A DNA stretch of 45,891 bases, from the IMG/VR virus record IMGVR_UViG_3300021976_000030, positions 1 to 45,891 of that record; one strand, given 5' to 3'. The stretch comes from a virus. Lineage: Duplodnaviria; Caudoviricetes. Below the pieces are notes generated by a model. The model was not told where the DNA came from and ran no database searches. It saw nothing but the letters and a program-made list of their open reading frames with translations. Shown in pieces: positions 17,687 to 28,195 of this stretch (positions are counted from its first letter, which is position 1; every line of letters begins with the position of its first letter). Position numbers and translations under genes: made by a program.

Positions 17687-18159
17687 TGCCAATTCAAAAT
17701 ATGTTTGCTGCTCTTAAAGTTCAGGCTTTAGCTCAGTTAGCCAACTTTAATGCTGCAACTGTTGTAGTTTCTGGTGATGTATTAGTAGTGCGCCGTAGAT
17801 TTACTCTAGCAGAAGTTAATGCTGGAGCTGTATTACTTCCACCTATCTTTGGAATCAAGTATCGTTTAACTGATGCTAGGATGATTTCTATTGGTGGAGC
17901 TTTTACTACATCTACATTAGTTCGCATTACTGGAACTCAGGCGGCGGCAGTTGTAGCATTATTGGGAGTAGCTATTGCAGCTTTATCTCAATCAGCGGTT
18001 GTACGAGCTGGTGCAGCTAACGCTACAGTATTAGCTGATGGAGCATCATTTATTGAGTGTGATGTTCAGACTGGAATTAACGTAGATAAAACTGGTGGCG
18101 CTGGAACTGTAGCTACAGCAGTTGATGTGGAAGCTTCATTTGTATTAGTTGAGGGATAA
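17686..18159 (+). CDS. Ala/Val-rich structural protein
   Basis: TAATG overlaps on both sides; lies in the tail module. Confidence 0.6.
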   Translation: MPIQNMFAALKVQALAQLANFNAATVVVSGDVLVVRRRFTLAEVNAGAVLLPPIFGIKYRLTDARMISIGGAFTTSTLVRITGTQAAAVVALLGVAIAALSQSAVVRAGAANATVLADGASFIECDVQTGINVDKTGGAGTVATAVDVEASFVLVEG

Positions 18160-20060
18160 TGCCTTTAACCCTTAGGTCATCTCAATGTAGGGGATTTTTT
18201 GATAGGGGGACGCCTGACCAGTGTCCTCCTGGTTATTTATCCCAGTTCTACAATTTCATGGTTAGGAATGGTTTTATTATTCCTAGGCCCGGTATGGTTA
18301 CTCGCCCAGTTGGTAGAACAAAAGTTAATATTCAACATCTATCAATTTATAAACCATCACCCGTAGCTGGCATTGTTACTCCCGCATTAATAGGCCATCA
18401 GGGTGGTGGTCCTCCTGCTATATTTAATATGGATTTAGGTGGAGCAGGAACACTAATCTATAACTCGACGCAGAATTATCATTCATGGATTAACTTCTAT
18501 GGGCGTGGATACTTCTCATTACATGATACTAATGTAGGTAGTGCCACTGAAAATCTTCAAGTTTACGAGGGTGCAGCTACTACTAGGAATGCTGCGGGAT
18601 TAAAACCTGTATCAGCTATGCTTGGAGCTGCAGCAGTTGGTGGAAATTTAGGTGTTGGAACTTACTTAGTAGATGTAGTCTATGTAACTACCACAGGATT
18701 TATTACTAAACCATCTGGTAACGTCTTAGCTAAGAACTGTTTTGGGGGTTATAAAATTGACCTCACAGTAATTCCTATTGGTCCTGCGGGAACCTTTGGG
18801 CGCAAAATTATAATGACTAAGTCTATTCCACTTGGGACTTATACTGGTAATCCTAACGATTATGAATTTTTCTTTGCACCCAACGCTTTCATTCAAAATA
18901 ATGTCGCTACTACTTTTGCACTAAGTGAGTTTGATGGTAATTTAATTTCTAGTTCTGATTATTTATTCAACTTACTAGAGACTATTCCCTCGGGAGTTGG
19001 AGTTGGAGATTATAACTCTCGTCTCTTAGTGTATGGTGAGAATGCTAATCCCTCAATCATTAGAATTAGTGCCCCCGGCGATCCAGAAACTATTGATGCT
19101 ATATCTAACTTACTAATAGTTGACCCATCAGAATCTGATGGTCTTAAGAATAGCGTTACACTGCGAGGTAATCTATATTTATTTAAGTCCTATAGGATGT
19201 ATGTTACATCTGATAATGGTGGTAGTCCATCCACTTGGCAGGTAGATACATTTGATTCAGGTGTTGGAACTGAATGCTATGGAGTTTCTGCGGTACTAGA
19301 TGCCAAGGGAACACATATGAATCAGTATGTAATTGCATCTAGGAGTGGTCTAATCTTATTCGATGGTATACTTAGATTTCCTGAATTAACTTATAATGTT
19401 GAGAATACTTGGAGAGATATAGATCAGGATTTATTCGCACAAGTTGAACTGGTAATGAATCCAGTTAATAAGCATATCTACTGTATCATTCCTCGTAATG
19501 ATGGCTCTCGTACCTTATTGGTCGGAGATTACTCAGAGGGATTAGGATTTGAAACTATTAAATGGTCAATCTGGGAACATGCTAGTGGTCATTCCTTTGG
19601 TGATTTCTATTCTATCGTAACTAGTATTGAAACTGGTGTGCCAGTAATCTACGTTAGCAATACTACATTTGTTGGTTCATTAAATATAAATAATCCATCA
19701 GCGGTTGATTCTACATTTGGATTAGATACAGCATTTCCATGTAAAATGCAAAGTGCACCATTAGTATTTGGTGAAAATGAAATAGGTTATCAAGCTATTA
19801 CTTCAGTTAATCTAATGCAAGCTAATGGTGGACCCGGTGAAATCTCAGTAACTGGAATAAGTTTAAGTGATGTTCCTAGTTCAGTATTATTAGCTGCTAA
19901 TTTCTTTCCGTTTTTATCTATCGGTGGTAAGGCTCAAGGTAAATTTCTATATACTCCATTCTTTGATATGCTACCTGGTATATTAATTAATGCTATCAGT
20001 ACTAGTAAACCTAAGATAATGAAAGTAATTATTGATGGCTATCTAATGGGTGAACAGTGA
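18159..20060 (+). CDS. tail nozzle / DNA-stabilisation protein (P22 gp10 / T7 gp12-like)
   Basis: N-terminal NFMVRNGFIIPRPG; propeller-like YNSRLLVYG...IRIS..GDPE, LYLFK, GVGT. Confidence 0.7.
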   Translation: MPLTLRSSQCRGFFDRGTPDQCPPGYLSQFYNFMVRNGFIIPRPGMVTRPVGRTKVNIQHLSIYKPSPVAGIVTPALIGHQGGGPPAIFNMDLGGAGTLIYNSTQNYHSWINFYGRGYFSLHDTNVGSATENLQVYEGAATTRNAAGLKPVSAMLGAAAVGGNLGVGTYLVDVVYVTTTGFITKPSGNVLAKNCFGGYKIDLTVIPIGPAGTFGRKIIMTKSIPLGTYTGNPNDYEFFFAPNAFIQNNVATTFALSEFDGNLISSSDYLFNLLETIPSGVGVGDYNSRLLVYGENANPSIIRISAPGDPETIDAISNLLIVDPSESDGLKNSVTLRGNLYLFKSYRMYVTSDNGGSPSTWQVDTFDSGVGTECYGVSAVLDAKGTHMNQYVIASRSGLILFDGILRFPELTYNVENTWRDIDQDLFAQVELVMNPVNKHIYCIIPRNDGSRTLLVGDYSEGLGFETIKWSIWEHASGHSFGDFYSIVTSIETGVPVIYVSNTTFVGSLNINNPSAVDSTFGLDTAFPCKMQSAPLVFGENEIGYQAITSVNLMQANGGPGEISVTGISLSDVPSSVLLAANFFPFLSIGGKAQGKFLYTPFFDMLPGILINAISTSKPKIMKVIIDGYLMGEQ

Positions 20061-20905
20061 GTAGTAGAAATTATCCATCCATTTCAACACTAGTTAATGC
20101 TATATCTGGTGGTCTGTCTGATGGACAGGCTTCAGATTTAATGCATAAAATTAGTGATGATTTAGATATGGTCTTTACTCAGATTAATACTGGACCATTA
20201 CCTGCTGTAAGTGGAGCTAATTTATTACATATTAATCCAGTAAATATTGATTCACCGGGTGATAATCCTCCATTAGTTGAAAGTCAGGGTAAAGTAGCAT
20301 TCTTAAATGTTGCTAATATTTTTATTAAAAATCAAGAAATAGATTTAGACCTAGGTCAATTAATTCTTAAAATTACAACTACTCCAACTAAGTTTGGTAG
20401 AGTTCAAACAATAGCCGATGGTAATTTTTTATTTTCATCCAATCTTTCTTGGAGTGGTGCAGTATTTCAAACTGATGCTGGTAATGGTTCTGGTATAAAT
20501 TTTACTGATGAAATTGTTAGAATTAGACAACGTATAGCTGGAGTAGATTATACTCCAATTACTGTTGATGCAACGCGCAGAATTATACTAGGTCATCCAT
20601 TAAACATTAGTGGTGCAGCAGATGAAATACTATTAGCTAATAATAAAGGTATTAGAGCTGCTAATGCTGCCGCTAGTGGTGGACTTGAGATAGCTAGATT
20701 AGATGCTAATAATTTAGTTAATTTAGGTTCCCATACTAATGGAACTGGTGGAGATGGTAATATTTCTATTTCACGCTCAACTACAGCTAATATGCCTACC
20801 GCTGGAGCTACTAGAAATGGAATACTTATCATTAATAGTACAACTAATGAACTATGTTTTTATACTGGTAACCTTCGCTATAAATTAGTTGGAGTTGCAT
20901 TCTAA
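20057..20905 (+). CDS. tail fibre-like protein
   Basis: GPLPAVSGANL fibre-type motif, G/N/T-rich, C-terminal GILIINSTTNELCFY. Confidence 0.55.
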   Translation: MSSRNYPSISTLVNAISGGLSDGQASDLMHKISDDLDMVFTQINTGPLPAVSGANLLHINPVNIDSPGDNPPLVESQGKVAFLNVANIFIKNQEIDLDLGQLILKITTTPTKFGRVQTIADGNFLFSSNLSWSGAVFQTDAGNGSGINFTDEIVRIRQRIAGVDYTPITVDATRRIILGHPLNISGAADEILLANNKGIRAANAAASGGLEIARLDANNLVNLGSHTNGTGGDGNISISRSTTANMPTAGATRNGILIINSTTNELCFYTGNLRYKLVGVAF

Positions 20906-21099
20906 TGTTTAAAGCTAGAATTATTAAGTTATCAATAAGTGCTCATATTATTTATGAAGATAATGATAACGTACTAGGTGAGACTAAGACCGAACCAATT
21001 GATATTTATCGAGGAACGGATATTAATTATGAACTTATTGAGAAAATTGAACAACTTGCACTTCAGGAATTTGCAAGTGGGAGACTTACAAAGGGTTGA
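20905..21099 (+). CDS. small hypothetical protein (possible fibre chaperone)
   Basis: TAATG overlap with the fibre gene. Confidence 0.5.
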   Translation: MFKARIIKLSISAHIIYEDNDNVLGETKTEPIDIYRGTDINYELIEKIEQLALQEFASGRLTKG

Positions 21100-21442
21100 T
21101 GAGATTTACAGAACGCATTATGAGAATGAATTTTGCCTCCCGTCTCTTCATCACACTATTGGGAGTGGCATCATTAGCAATGGTGATGTTATTACTGCTT
21201 TTGGAATGGTCAGATTATATCCGGAAGCTATCATCATAATTGATAAGTCATTAGATTTACAGACTAAAGTTAATTCATTGGAATTATTATATGAACAAGC
21301 AGTTAAGGTTTGTAAGCATAATAATTTTAGTGAGTTAAATGCTCATACTATTGATTCTAAATATAGTAACTTATTAACTAAAAGATTAGGATTCAAGGCC
21401 ATTAAAGGAAACTTATTACAAGTAGGTATTAAAGATGGGTAA
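20978..21442 (+). CDS. GNAT-fold-like protein preceding ejection genes
   Basis: FRNLQVGDLQRV N-terminus and KRLGFK C-terminus typical of GNAT folds; position like T7 gp13; likely start MNLLRK. Confidence 0.55.
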   Translation: MRLRPNQLIFIEERILIMNLLRKLNNLHFRNLQVGDLQRVDEIYRTHYENEFCLPSLHHTIGSGIISNGDVITAFGMVRLYPEAIIIIDKSLDLQTKVNSLELLYEQAVKVCKHNNFSELNAHTIDSKYSNLLTKRLGFKAIKGNLLQVGIKDG

Positions 21443-22382
21443 TGCATCAAAGAATAAGACTAACGACTTACTTGATAAAGAACGTAGCGCATCAAATAAT
21501 GAGTATAATCCTTTAAAGGATGAATCTAGTCGACGTAGCTCTGAGAACTATAATCTAAATCAAGGTAATACTCGTGGATTAACTGATAGGTATACTGATT
21601 TAGCTGATAGTGGTGGATATGACCCTGATACCATTTCTAGAATTAGGGCTGCTGGTTCTGGTGGTGGTGGTCATGTTGATGATTTGGATGAAAGTAGATG
21701 GGGCACAGCGATTAAGGGATATGAGGATTTTGCTACGGGTGGTGGCGGAATTGATAAGGCTGGAATTAGGGCGCGTAGTAATTCTGTTATTCCTTCGTTT
21801 TATAAAAATCTACAGAATGAGCAATCTAGGAGACGACTGGTTAATCCTTATGCTCCAAGTTTTGATGCGGAATCGGCAGCGATGGCTAGACAATCTGGGC
21901 AACAGACTCAGGAAAATGTTAGAAATACAGAATTAGATATTGAGGATCAGGTTAGTAAAAATAAGCAGTGGGGAATTTCAGGGTTAGGTGGACTGCAAAC
22001 TAACATCGCCGGATTAAAACAGCAAGGACAAATCGCTAATGCAGGATTTGCTGATTCGGCTGCATCACGTAAGTCGTCTAGTGAAATGGCAATCGCACAA
22101 ATGGTTGCAGACGGTAAGATGCGTGGTCTTGGTGGATTACAGGGAATCGCTGATACCCAGAATAACAATGCGCTGGCTTATTCCAATCAGCGTTATTCTG
22201 GTACTGGTGATAATCGCGGGCAAAATCTGGATACCATTACTAATCGTCAAAATACTACAAGTCCTTGGGGTACTGTCTTAGGTGCTGTTGGTCAAGGTGC
22301 TGGAGCTTATTTTAGTGGTGGGTCTAGTATTGCAGCACCTGGTGGGATGAAGAAACCTAAGTCATTTGGAATGAGTGCATAA
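21435..22382 (+). CDS. putative DNA ejection (internal virion) protein
   Basis: G/Q/N/S-rich with C-terminal WGTVLGAVGQGAGAYF. Confidence 0.6.
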   Translation: MGNASKNKTNDLLDKERSASNNEYNPLKDESSRRSSENYNLNQGNTRGLTDRYTDLADSGGYDPDTISRIRAAGSGGGGHVDDLDESRWGTAIKGYEDFATGGGGIDKAGIRARSNSVIPSFYKNLQNEQSRRRLVNPYAPSFDAESAAMARQSGQQTQENVRNTELDIEDQVSKNKQWGISGLGGLQTNIAGLKQQGQIANAGFADSAASRKSSSEMAIAQMVADGKMRGLGGLQGIADTQNNNALAYSNQRYSGTGDNRGQNLDTITNRQNTTSPWGTVLGAVGQGAGAYFSGGSSIAAPGGMKKPKSFGMSA

Positions 22383-23544
22383 TATGTTCCCATTAAAATC
22401 TAGACTCAGGAATGTATTTGGTCCTCAAGCTCCTACTGATAGGTCTAATGATAGGAAAATCTTTGGTGAGCAGAAGATTGATAGACCTATTGTTAATCAA
22501 GATACAGTAGATAACGAGGAAGATACTCCTATCAGAGCTGCTGGTAAAAAGTTAATGGGACTCTATTCAGAGAGTAGTCCAGCTAATGAACGCTATACTA
22601 AATACTTAGAAGAACAACCTAGTGAAGCGGATTATGCACCTTCTCGTAAGCGTAGGCTAGGAGGTGCATTAGCTGCTAGTTTAATTGGTTTATCAGACCC
22701 TAAGCTCGGACAGGAAACAGCAGATAACATTATTAATGGGCCCTTTAGGAATAGATTAAAAGATTGGGAACGTCAGAAAGCTCCATTAGCTGCTGCTGCA
22801 AGTGCTGAGAAAGAAGATAGGACTCGTAACATAAGTGCATTAAAGACATTTATTGATTCTGAGCATGTAGCTCAAATGGATAGGTCTTTAATTCAATCTA
22901 GAAATGATAATGCTACTCATCAGAAAACTCTAGAAACTCAAGCTGCTGCAAACGCTAAGGCTGCTGAGGATGATAGAATTCGACGAGATACTGATAGAAC
23001 TACTGATAATACTAGACAGGCAGCTAGAGATAAAGCTGATGAAGAATATAGGAAAAAGACATTAGCTCAGGGTTCTGAACGTATAGGTATAGCAAGAGCT
23101 AACTCAGCTATTTCAGGTCGTCGTGCTAGTGCATATGAGAGTTCAGTTAATGGACTGAATACTTATCGTGACCATCTTAAGAATAAGATGACTACTCTTA
23201 AAGGTGATACACCGGCGGCCCAAAAAACAGCGAGTGAATTAGCACTGCATAACATTATACTTACACCTGGTAATTCTCAGCGCTTCGCTAACTTCTATCA
23301 CGTAGATGAAAAAGGTAAGATTAGTATTGACCTACCTAATAAATCTATGTTTGATTCTGAAGATGATTTTAATAATGATGTAATTGGATATGCTGGATTT
23401 AAGAAGGAGTGGGATACTGAAGTAGCTAAAGTATTGGCTCAGCAACATCCAGTAGCCCCAGATAAAATAAATAATACTCCTCCTCCTAAGCCTGAGAATA
23501 AGAAATACGAAGTTACTCGTAGACCTGTACCAGCTAGTAGGTAA
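22375..23544 (+). CDS. putative DNA ejection protein
   Basis: Helical and charged; position in the ejection cluster. Confidence 0.55.
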   Translation: MHNMFPLKSRLRNVFGPQAPTDRSNDRKIFGEQKIDRPIVNQDTVDNEEDTPIRAAGKKLMGLYSESSPANERYTKYLEEQPSEADYAPSRKRRLGGALAASLIGLSDPKLGQETADNIINGPFRNRLKDWERQKAPLAAAASAEKEDRTRNISALKTFIDSEHVAQMDRSLIQSRNDNATHQKTLETQAAANAKAAEDDRIRRDTDRTTDNTRQAARDKADEEYRKKTLAQGSERIGIARANSAISGRRASAYESSVNGLNTYRDHLKNKMTTLKGDTPAAQKTASELALHNIILTPGNSQRFANFYHVDEKGKISIDLPNKSMFDSEDDFNNDVIGYAGFKKEWDTEVAKVLAQQHPVAPDKINNTPPPKPENKKYEVTRRPVPASR

Positions 23545-23549
23545 TAGTT

Positions 23550-26342
23550 ATGCCAGAATATTACTTAGACATTAAAGATAAAACTACTGGTAAAACTAAG
23601 ACTGTCAAGTGGGATAAAGAACGAGACCCATCTGATGAAGAATTAGAAGCATTAGCTAATACTCCAACTCCCGCTCCATCGTTCGGAAGTAAGTTATTAA
23701 GGGGAGCTAAAACTATGGTGGGAGATGTAGGTAATGCGGCCTTAGGTGCTGGAGAAATGGTTATTAATCCTTGGGGTAAAGCTGCTGATTTATCTAGGGA
23801 TTTATCTATTGAATATGCTAAAGAAGGTGCTGGTTCTGTTGCATTAAGTGGAGTTGAAGCTGTAACTGGATTACCTATTAGACAAACATATAGAGACTAT
23901 CAAGCTGGTAAATATCCTGAAGCTATTGGTCATACCTTAGCTGGTATTGGTATGGGATATGCAGCACATAGGATGGGTAAGTCTGCTAGAGAAGTAGGAA
24001 CTGGAGCTAAGATAGAACCAGTAATAGATACTAATAGAATTCCTGAGATTAATCTAGCTAAGGATGCTGGTAATGGCAAACCTATTGGGCCTGTTATTGA
24101 TACTCCGTTTGAGAGTTTATCTAAGAATCCTGAAACTCCAACTATTGATTTACAATCTCAGCGGTTACAACCTGAATTAAATCTTGAATTTGATCCTAAG
24201 GAAGTTCAACAGACTTTACCATATCGTTATTATAAGGATAGGTATGAAGGTAAGTTTGATGTAACTGGTCCACAACAGCCTGAGCTATTTGATGTTCCAC
24301 GAGCTAATGAAACTGTTGTAACTAGACCTATGGTTCCATCAGAATTAGAACCTAGAATTGCTGGAAGTGATAGACCTACTTGGAGTAGATTTGCTGAACA
24401 GCGTGAATTACCATTAGAGTATGATGTAATAGGCCAAGCAGAAACTAGTGGAATTCCAGAACTTCAGAGGGCTGCTAAACAAGTAGTTGAGTCTGAGGCT
24501 GTTAAGAATGATAAGACTACATTCTCACGCAGTGAAGGTTACAAGAATCCTGACAAGGGAAGAGGAACATTTGGAAATATTCTTGATGACAATTTTAAGT
24601 CTAACTATTCTATGCTTGTTAATGATAGTCCAGCAGGTAAGAAGATTGCAAACCTACTTGATAAATACAGGACTGAGACTGGTAGAACTTCTGGCGAAAT
24701 AAGTGAAAAGCTAAAAGCAGTAGCTAATCCTCTCAATAGAGCTCAGTTTAGTGAATTCCAAACCTTACTAGATAAGGGTGGTATGTCCAATGACCCAATG
24801 GTATCACTTGCATTGGACACTGCGAGGTCTATTGATAATTCTTTTACTCAACGCATTACTAACTCTGGGTTACATCTTAAGGACGCTGAGGGGAATATAG
24901 TTCCATTTACAGGTAAGGAAAACTATTGGCCTAGGATGTATGAACCTTCCATGTTTGCAGATAAGCCAGCATTAATAGAAAGGCTTATTAAGAATGGAAT
25001 GAGTCCTGAGGCTGCTAGTAAAGCTGTCGGAAATATGCGTCGCTTTGGTGAAAGATTAATTGATCCACAGCATCAGCGTGTATTAGACTTACCCGAGCAT
25101 CGTAAGGATTTGGGCGCTTTATTAAAACATTATGATGATATGTCTCATAGGGTTGCAGCTAGTGAAATATTAGGTGTTAAGGATATTGCAGATCCTAATA
25201 GTACTATTAGCCAGCTAGTTACTGGAACTAAAGATGTTGGTAGGGTAACTAAGATTCTCACTCAATATCTTGATAGGGATAGTGGAGTTGCACCATACGA
25301 AGCTGACTTTGCTAAGCAAGTTTCTAGGTTTACTACCCTATTCTATTTATCTAAATTTGCAATATCTAATACTAATCAGATGATGATGACTCCAGTTCTT
25401 ACTAGTTTCTCCACGACAGGTAAAGCATTTAAAGCATTTCTTAGTTCACCTAAGAAAGCATGGAGTAGAGCTGAAGCTCATGGTGCATTACAAACAGTGC
25501 TACAAGAATCTATGAGGGAAGTAGGTGGGGAAAGTACTGTATCTAAGATGTATGGAATCAAAGCATCTGAGGGTTCTAACAGAACTATCTCGGCGATCGC
25601 AGGTGAGTTGTACGTGCAAGATTTGTTTAAGAAACTTAAGAAGAATCCAACAAATCAGAAAATTAGAAAGAGTCTGGAAGATTTAACATTTGATAATGCT
25701 GATGAGTTATTAGCCCAGGATGAACTTACTCCTAAACAAATCTCATATGGTGCGGTTAGAACTGCAGAGAAAACTCAGGGACGGGCGCAATCTTTAGATC
25801 TTCCCTACAATTGGGATAGAAGTCCATACATTAATCTCTTATTACTTTATAAGAAATTTGCATTCGTTCAGGGTAGGTTAATTAAAGATGCCGTTAAGAC
25901 TAATCCAGCGCGGAATATTCCATTACTCCTAGCATTATTTCAGGCTGGTGGTGAAGCTACGGGAGATGCTAAGGCTGCACTCTCTGGTTCAATTACTGGT
26001 GACCCAGGGAAAGCTATTGAGGATAGAGGTCAGTATGTGGGAACTGATTCTAAGGCATTGAATAGAATCATTCAGAACTATGCTGATTCTATGTTCTTAG
26101 GATTGGCTGGTGATGCTATGCAGGCTACTAAGAGTGGAGCTAAGGGATTATATCAATTCGCCGCTGGACCAGTAGCTAGTTTAGGTATTGAGACTACATC
26201 TAATATTAGAGCTGATATTGCTAATCCGCCTAGTAGTATCAACAAGAGTCAAACAGCCCGAGGGTTAGCATCAAGGGTTCCTTATTTTGGAAGTGCTATT
26301 AATCGTAAGATGAGGAATCCAAATCCTAGTGGGATTCAATAG
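23550..26342 (+). CDS. large DNA ejection protein
   Basis: 930 aa, last late gene; C-terminal FAAGPVAS...SRVPYFG pattern of large podovirus internal proteins. Confidence 0.6.
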   Translation: MPEYYLDIKDKTTGKTKTVKWDKERDPSDEELEALANTPTPAPSFGSKLLRGAKTMVGDVGNAALGAGEMVINPWGKAADLSRDLSIEYAKEGAGSVALSGVEAVTGLPIRQTYRDYQAGKYPEAIGHTLAGIGMGYAAHRMGKSAREVGTGAKIEPVIDTNRIPEINLAKDAGNGKPIGPVIDTPFESLSKNPETPTIDLQSQRLQPELNLEFDPKEVQQTLPYRYYKDRYEGKFDVTGPQQPELFDVPRANETVVTRPMVPSELEPRIAGSDRPTWSRFAEQRELPLEYDVIGQAETSGIPELQRAAKQVVESEAVKNDKTTFSRSEGYKNPDKGRGTFGNILDDNFKSNYSMLVNDSPAGKKIANLLDKYRTETGRTSGEISEKLKAVANPLNRAQFSEFQTLLDKGGMSNDPMVSLALDTARSIDNSFTQRITNSGLHLKDAEGNIVPFTGKENYWPRMYEPSMFADKPALIERLIKNGMSPEAASKAVGNMRRFGERLIDPQHQRVLDLPEHRKDLGALLKHYDDMSHRVAASEILGVKDIADPNSTISQLVTGTKDVGRVTKILTQYLDRDSGVAPYEADFAKQVSRFTTLFYLSKFAISNTNQMMMTPVLTSFSTTGKAFKAFLSSPKKAWSRAEAHGALQTVLQESMREVGGESTVSKMYGIKASEGSNRTISAIAGELYVQDLFKKLKKNPTNQKIRKSLEDLTFDNADELLAQDELTPKQISYGAVRTAEKTQGRAQSLDLPYNWDRSPYINLLLLYKKFAFVQGRLIKDAVKTNPARNIPLLLALFQAGGEATGDAKAALSGSITGDPGKAIEDRGQYVGTDSKALNRIIQNYADSMFLGLAGDAMQATKSGAKGLYQFAAGPVASLGIETTSNIRADIANPPSSINKSQTARGLASRVPYFGSAINRKMRNPNPSGIQ

Positions 26343-26406
26343 CTTTAGTTAATCTTTCATATTCTTTCCATGATATATCAAGTTCGTTTCTACCACCAGT
26401 AAATGT

Positions 26407-26447
26407 TACTCTATATCCACCCGAATGTAAAGGTTGGATATAGAGTA
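26407..26447. terminator. 13-bp hairpin at the convergence of the two genome arms
   Basis: TACTCTATATCCA / TGGATATAGAGTA; lacks a clear T tail and lies within a possible 43-aa minus ORF (26326-26457). Confidence 0.5.
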
Positions 26448-26549
26448 CATTATCCATATTAATTATTATTTCATATCCATTATCATTCTTAAAGTTTATT
26501 ATCATCTAACACCTTATCAACTTCTTGAATGAATTGAATTAACTCAGTA

Positions 26550-27476
26550 CTATCTTGTCTTACCCAATGATTTTTTAATTCTGCGATTAGCTGTCTTGCG
26601 ATAGTTTCGTTTAGGAGTGGAAAGTTTTTCTCCTTCGACTGGATTACTGGTAGGTACTCTAGATTTGGCATTAACTAATTCCTGTTCTAATTTAGTAATA
26701 GTAGACCTATATCTCTCACCCAAGCTAAGTAAGTTATCAACTTGATTCTTCAAACTCTCATTAACCCGACTGAGATATTCTTCTGTAGATTCATTAGCTA
26801 ATGTTCTAGGAAGTTCAGTATTATCTTGATTACCTGTAACATTAGTAATGCCTTCAAATTTTACTTCATTATCTCTATAGAAACTAGATGGAATCTTACT
26901 CCAAGACTTTTCTCTACCAACATCTAATCCTTCAATCTTAGGATTAATTCTAAACTTATCATCATGATAAAACTTATCATTATCTTCCTGATGCATTAGA
27001 ACTGCTAATCCCCACATAGCTCCTGCTAAATGGTCATCTTCTTGCATGTATCCAATCATATCAATTCCAACAGCTTTCATATTACAATTATTCCTAACCA
27101 TACTTGCACGAAAGGCATCAGAATATGATGTAAGATGTTCATAGATATGATTTAATACGTCAGATGTAGGTAATCCCTTTTCCCAATTCCCCTCACCATA
27201 TTTAAGAGCGCCGCCACTATATACAGTAGGACCAACACTAGATTGCTGTGGTAAAGGTTCACCAGTAAATCTCTTAGCTAAACGATATAGTGCAGCACGC
27301 GGAATTAAATCAAATCGCATCATCCTAGAACTTCGCTTAGCACCAGTGTTAAACTCTTGCATGTAAAATCTCCATAAATCATTACTAAGACCAGCAGGCT
27401 GACCAACGGCGTAAAATATTCTACGACTAGGATCATTAAAGAATTCAACTTGCTTTGGATGAGGTCTGTATGCCAT
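26550..27476 (-). CDS. dATP/dGTP diphosphohydrolase (DUF5664-like) with N- and C-terminal extensions; second start at 27362
   Basis: TGAKR..RFDLIP...GALKYGEGNWEKG...DHLAGA motifs; GGAG RBS before MQEFNTG. Confidence 0.75.
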   Translation of the reverse strand: MAYRPHPKQVEFFNDPSRRIFYAVGQPAGLSNDLWRFYMQEFNTGAKRSSRMMRFDLIPRAALYRLAKRFTGEPLPQQSSVGPTVYSGGALKYGEGNWEKGLPTSDVLNHIYEHLTSYSDAFRASMVRNNCNMKAVGIDMIGYMQEDDHLAGAMWGLAVLMHQEDNDKFYHDDKFRINPKIEGLDVGREKSWSKIPSSFYRDNEVKFEGITNVTGNQDNTELPRTLANESTEEYLSRVNESLKNQVDNLLSLGERYRSTITKLEQELVNAKSRVPTSNPVEGEKLSTPKRNYRKTANRRIKKSLGKTR

Positions 27477-27687
27477 TCCTCAACTCCCATTTTCTACGTG
27501 CTGTATATCCTGCATTCCAACTATCTATCCTACATCTCCTAATGACTTCCTTAATACTTGTAGTTCCTAACATAGCTACATACTTCTCTATACATTTTTC
27601 CTGACGTTGTATACTAGTAACTTTAGCTCCTTCCCTTCCTAATCTTTGTCTTTCATCCCTTGGTAGGTGACTGAAATTTTTCTTCAT
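27445..27687 (-). CDS. small basic protein with KGG-like N-terminus
   Basis: NFSHLPRDERQRLGREG resembles the KGG motif. Confidence 0.5.
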   Translation of the reverse strand: MKKNFSHLPRDERQRLGREGAKVTSIQRQEKCIEKYVAMLGTTSIKEVIRRCRIDSWNAGYTARRKWELRNGIQTSSKAS

Positions 27688-27895
27688 TCTTTTGATTCTC
27701 TAATAGTTTTTTATAATCTTCATTATCTAATATTACAAACTCTCTAGTCCTACCACCTCTTATCCTTTCCAATTCTCTCATTAAATTATAAACACCATGA
27801 CCAAATGGATGATAACTTTCTACTCTCCCATTGATTCTTTTAGTTAAATCATATACGAAGTGGTCAGTAAATACTACATGTGCTGGTACATTCAT
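27653..27895 (-). CDS. hypothetical protein
   Basis: ORF track; overlaps with neighbours. Confidence 0.55.
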   Translation of the reverse strand: MNVPAHVVFTDHFVYDLTKRINGRVESYHPFGHGVYNLMRELERIRGGRTREFVILDNEDYKKLLENQKNEEKFQSPTKG

Positions 27896-28092
27896 TCTCT
27901 CATTACCCTATCAAGATTAACTAATACTCTCCATTCAGTTTTATCGTAAGTATGTTGATGTTTACCATCCCTAACTATACTTACTGTATCTGATGTATGA
28001 TGAAAGATTAATTCTACTTCATGTCCTGGGCAACCAGTTTGTCGGCAATCATTACAACAGTGATAATTTCTACTACTTCTTTGAGTGGTCAT
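27892..28092 (-). CDS. small Cys/His-rich protein
   Basis: HCCNDCRQTGCPGH. Confidence 0.55.
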   Translation of the reverse strand: MTTQRSSRNYHCCNDCRQTGCPGHEVELIFHHTSDTVSIVRDGKHQHTYDKTEWRVLVNLDRVMRE

Positions 28093-28102
28093 ATAATTAT
28101 TA

Positions 28103-28187
28103 TGGTGCCCCTAACTGGACTCGAACCAGTATGCCTTACGGCGCAAGATTTTAAGTCTCGTGTGTATGCCAATTCCACCATAGGGGC
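28103..28187 (-). tRNA. trnL: tRNA-Leu (anticodon UAA)
   Basis: Acceptor GCCCCTA/TAGGGGC + A-CCA, D-loop GG, anticodon arm CGAGA-CTTAAAA-TCTTG, long variable arm, TTCGAG T-loop; 85 nt. Confidence 0.95.
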
Positions 28188-28195
28188 ATATTTAA

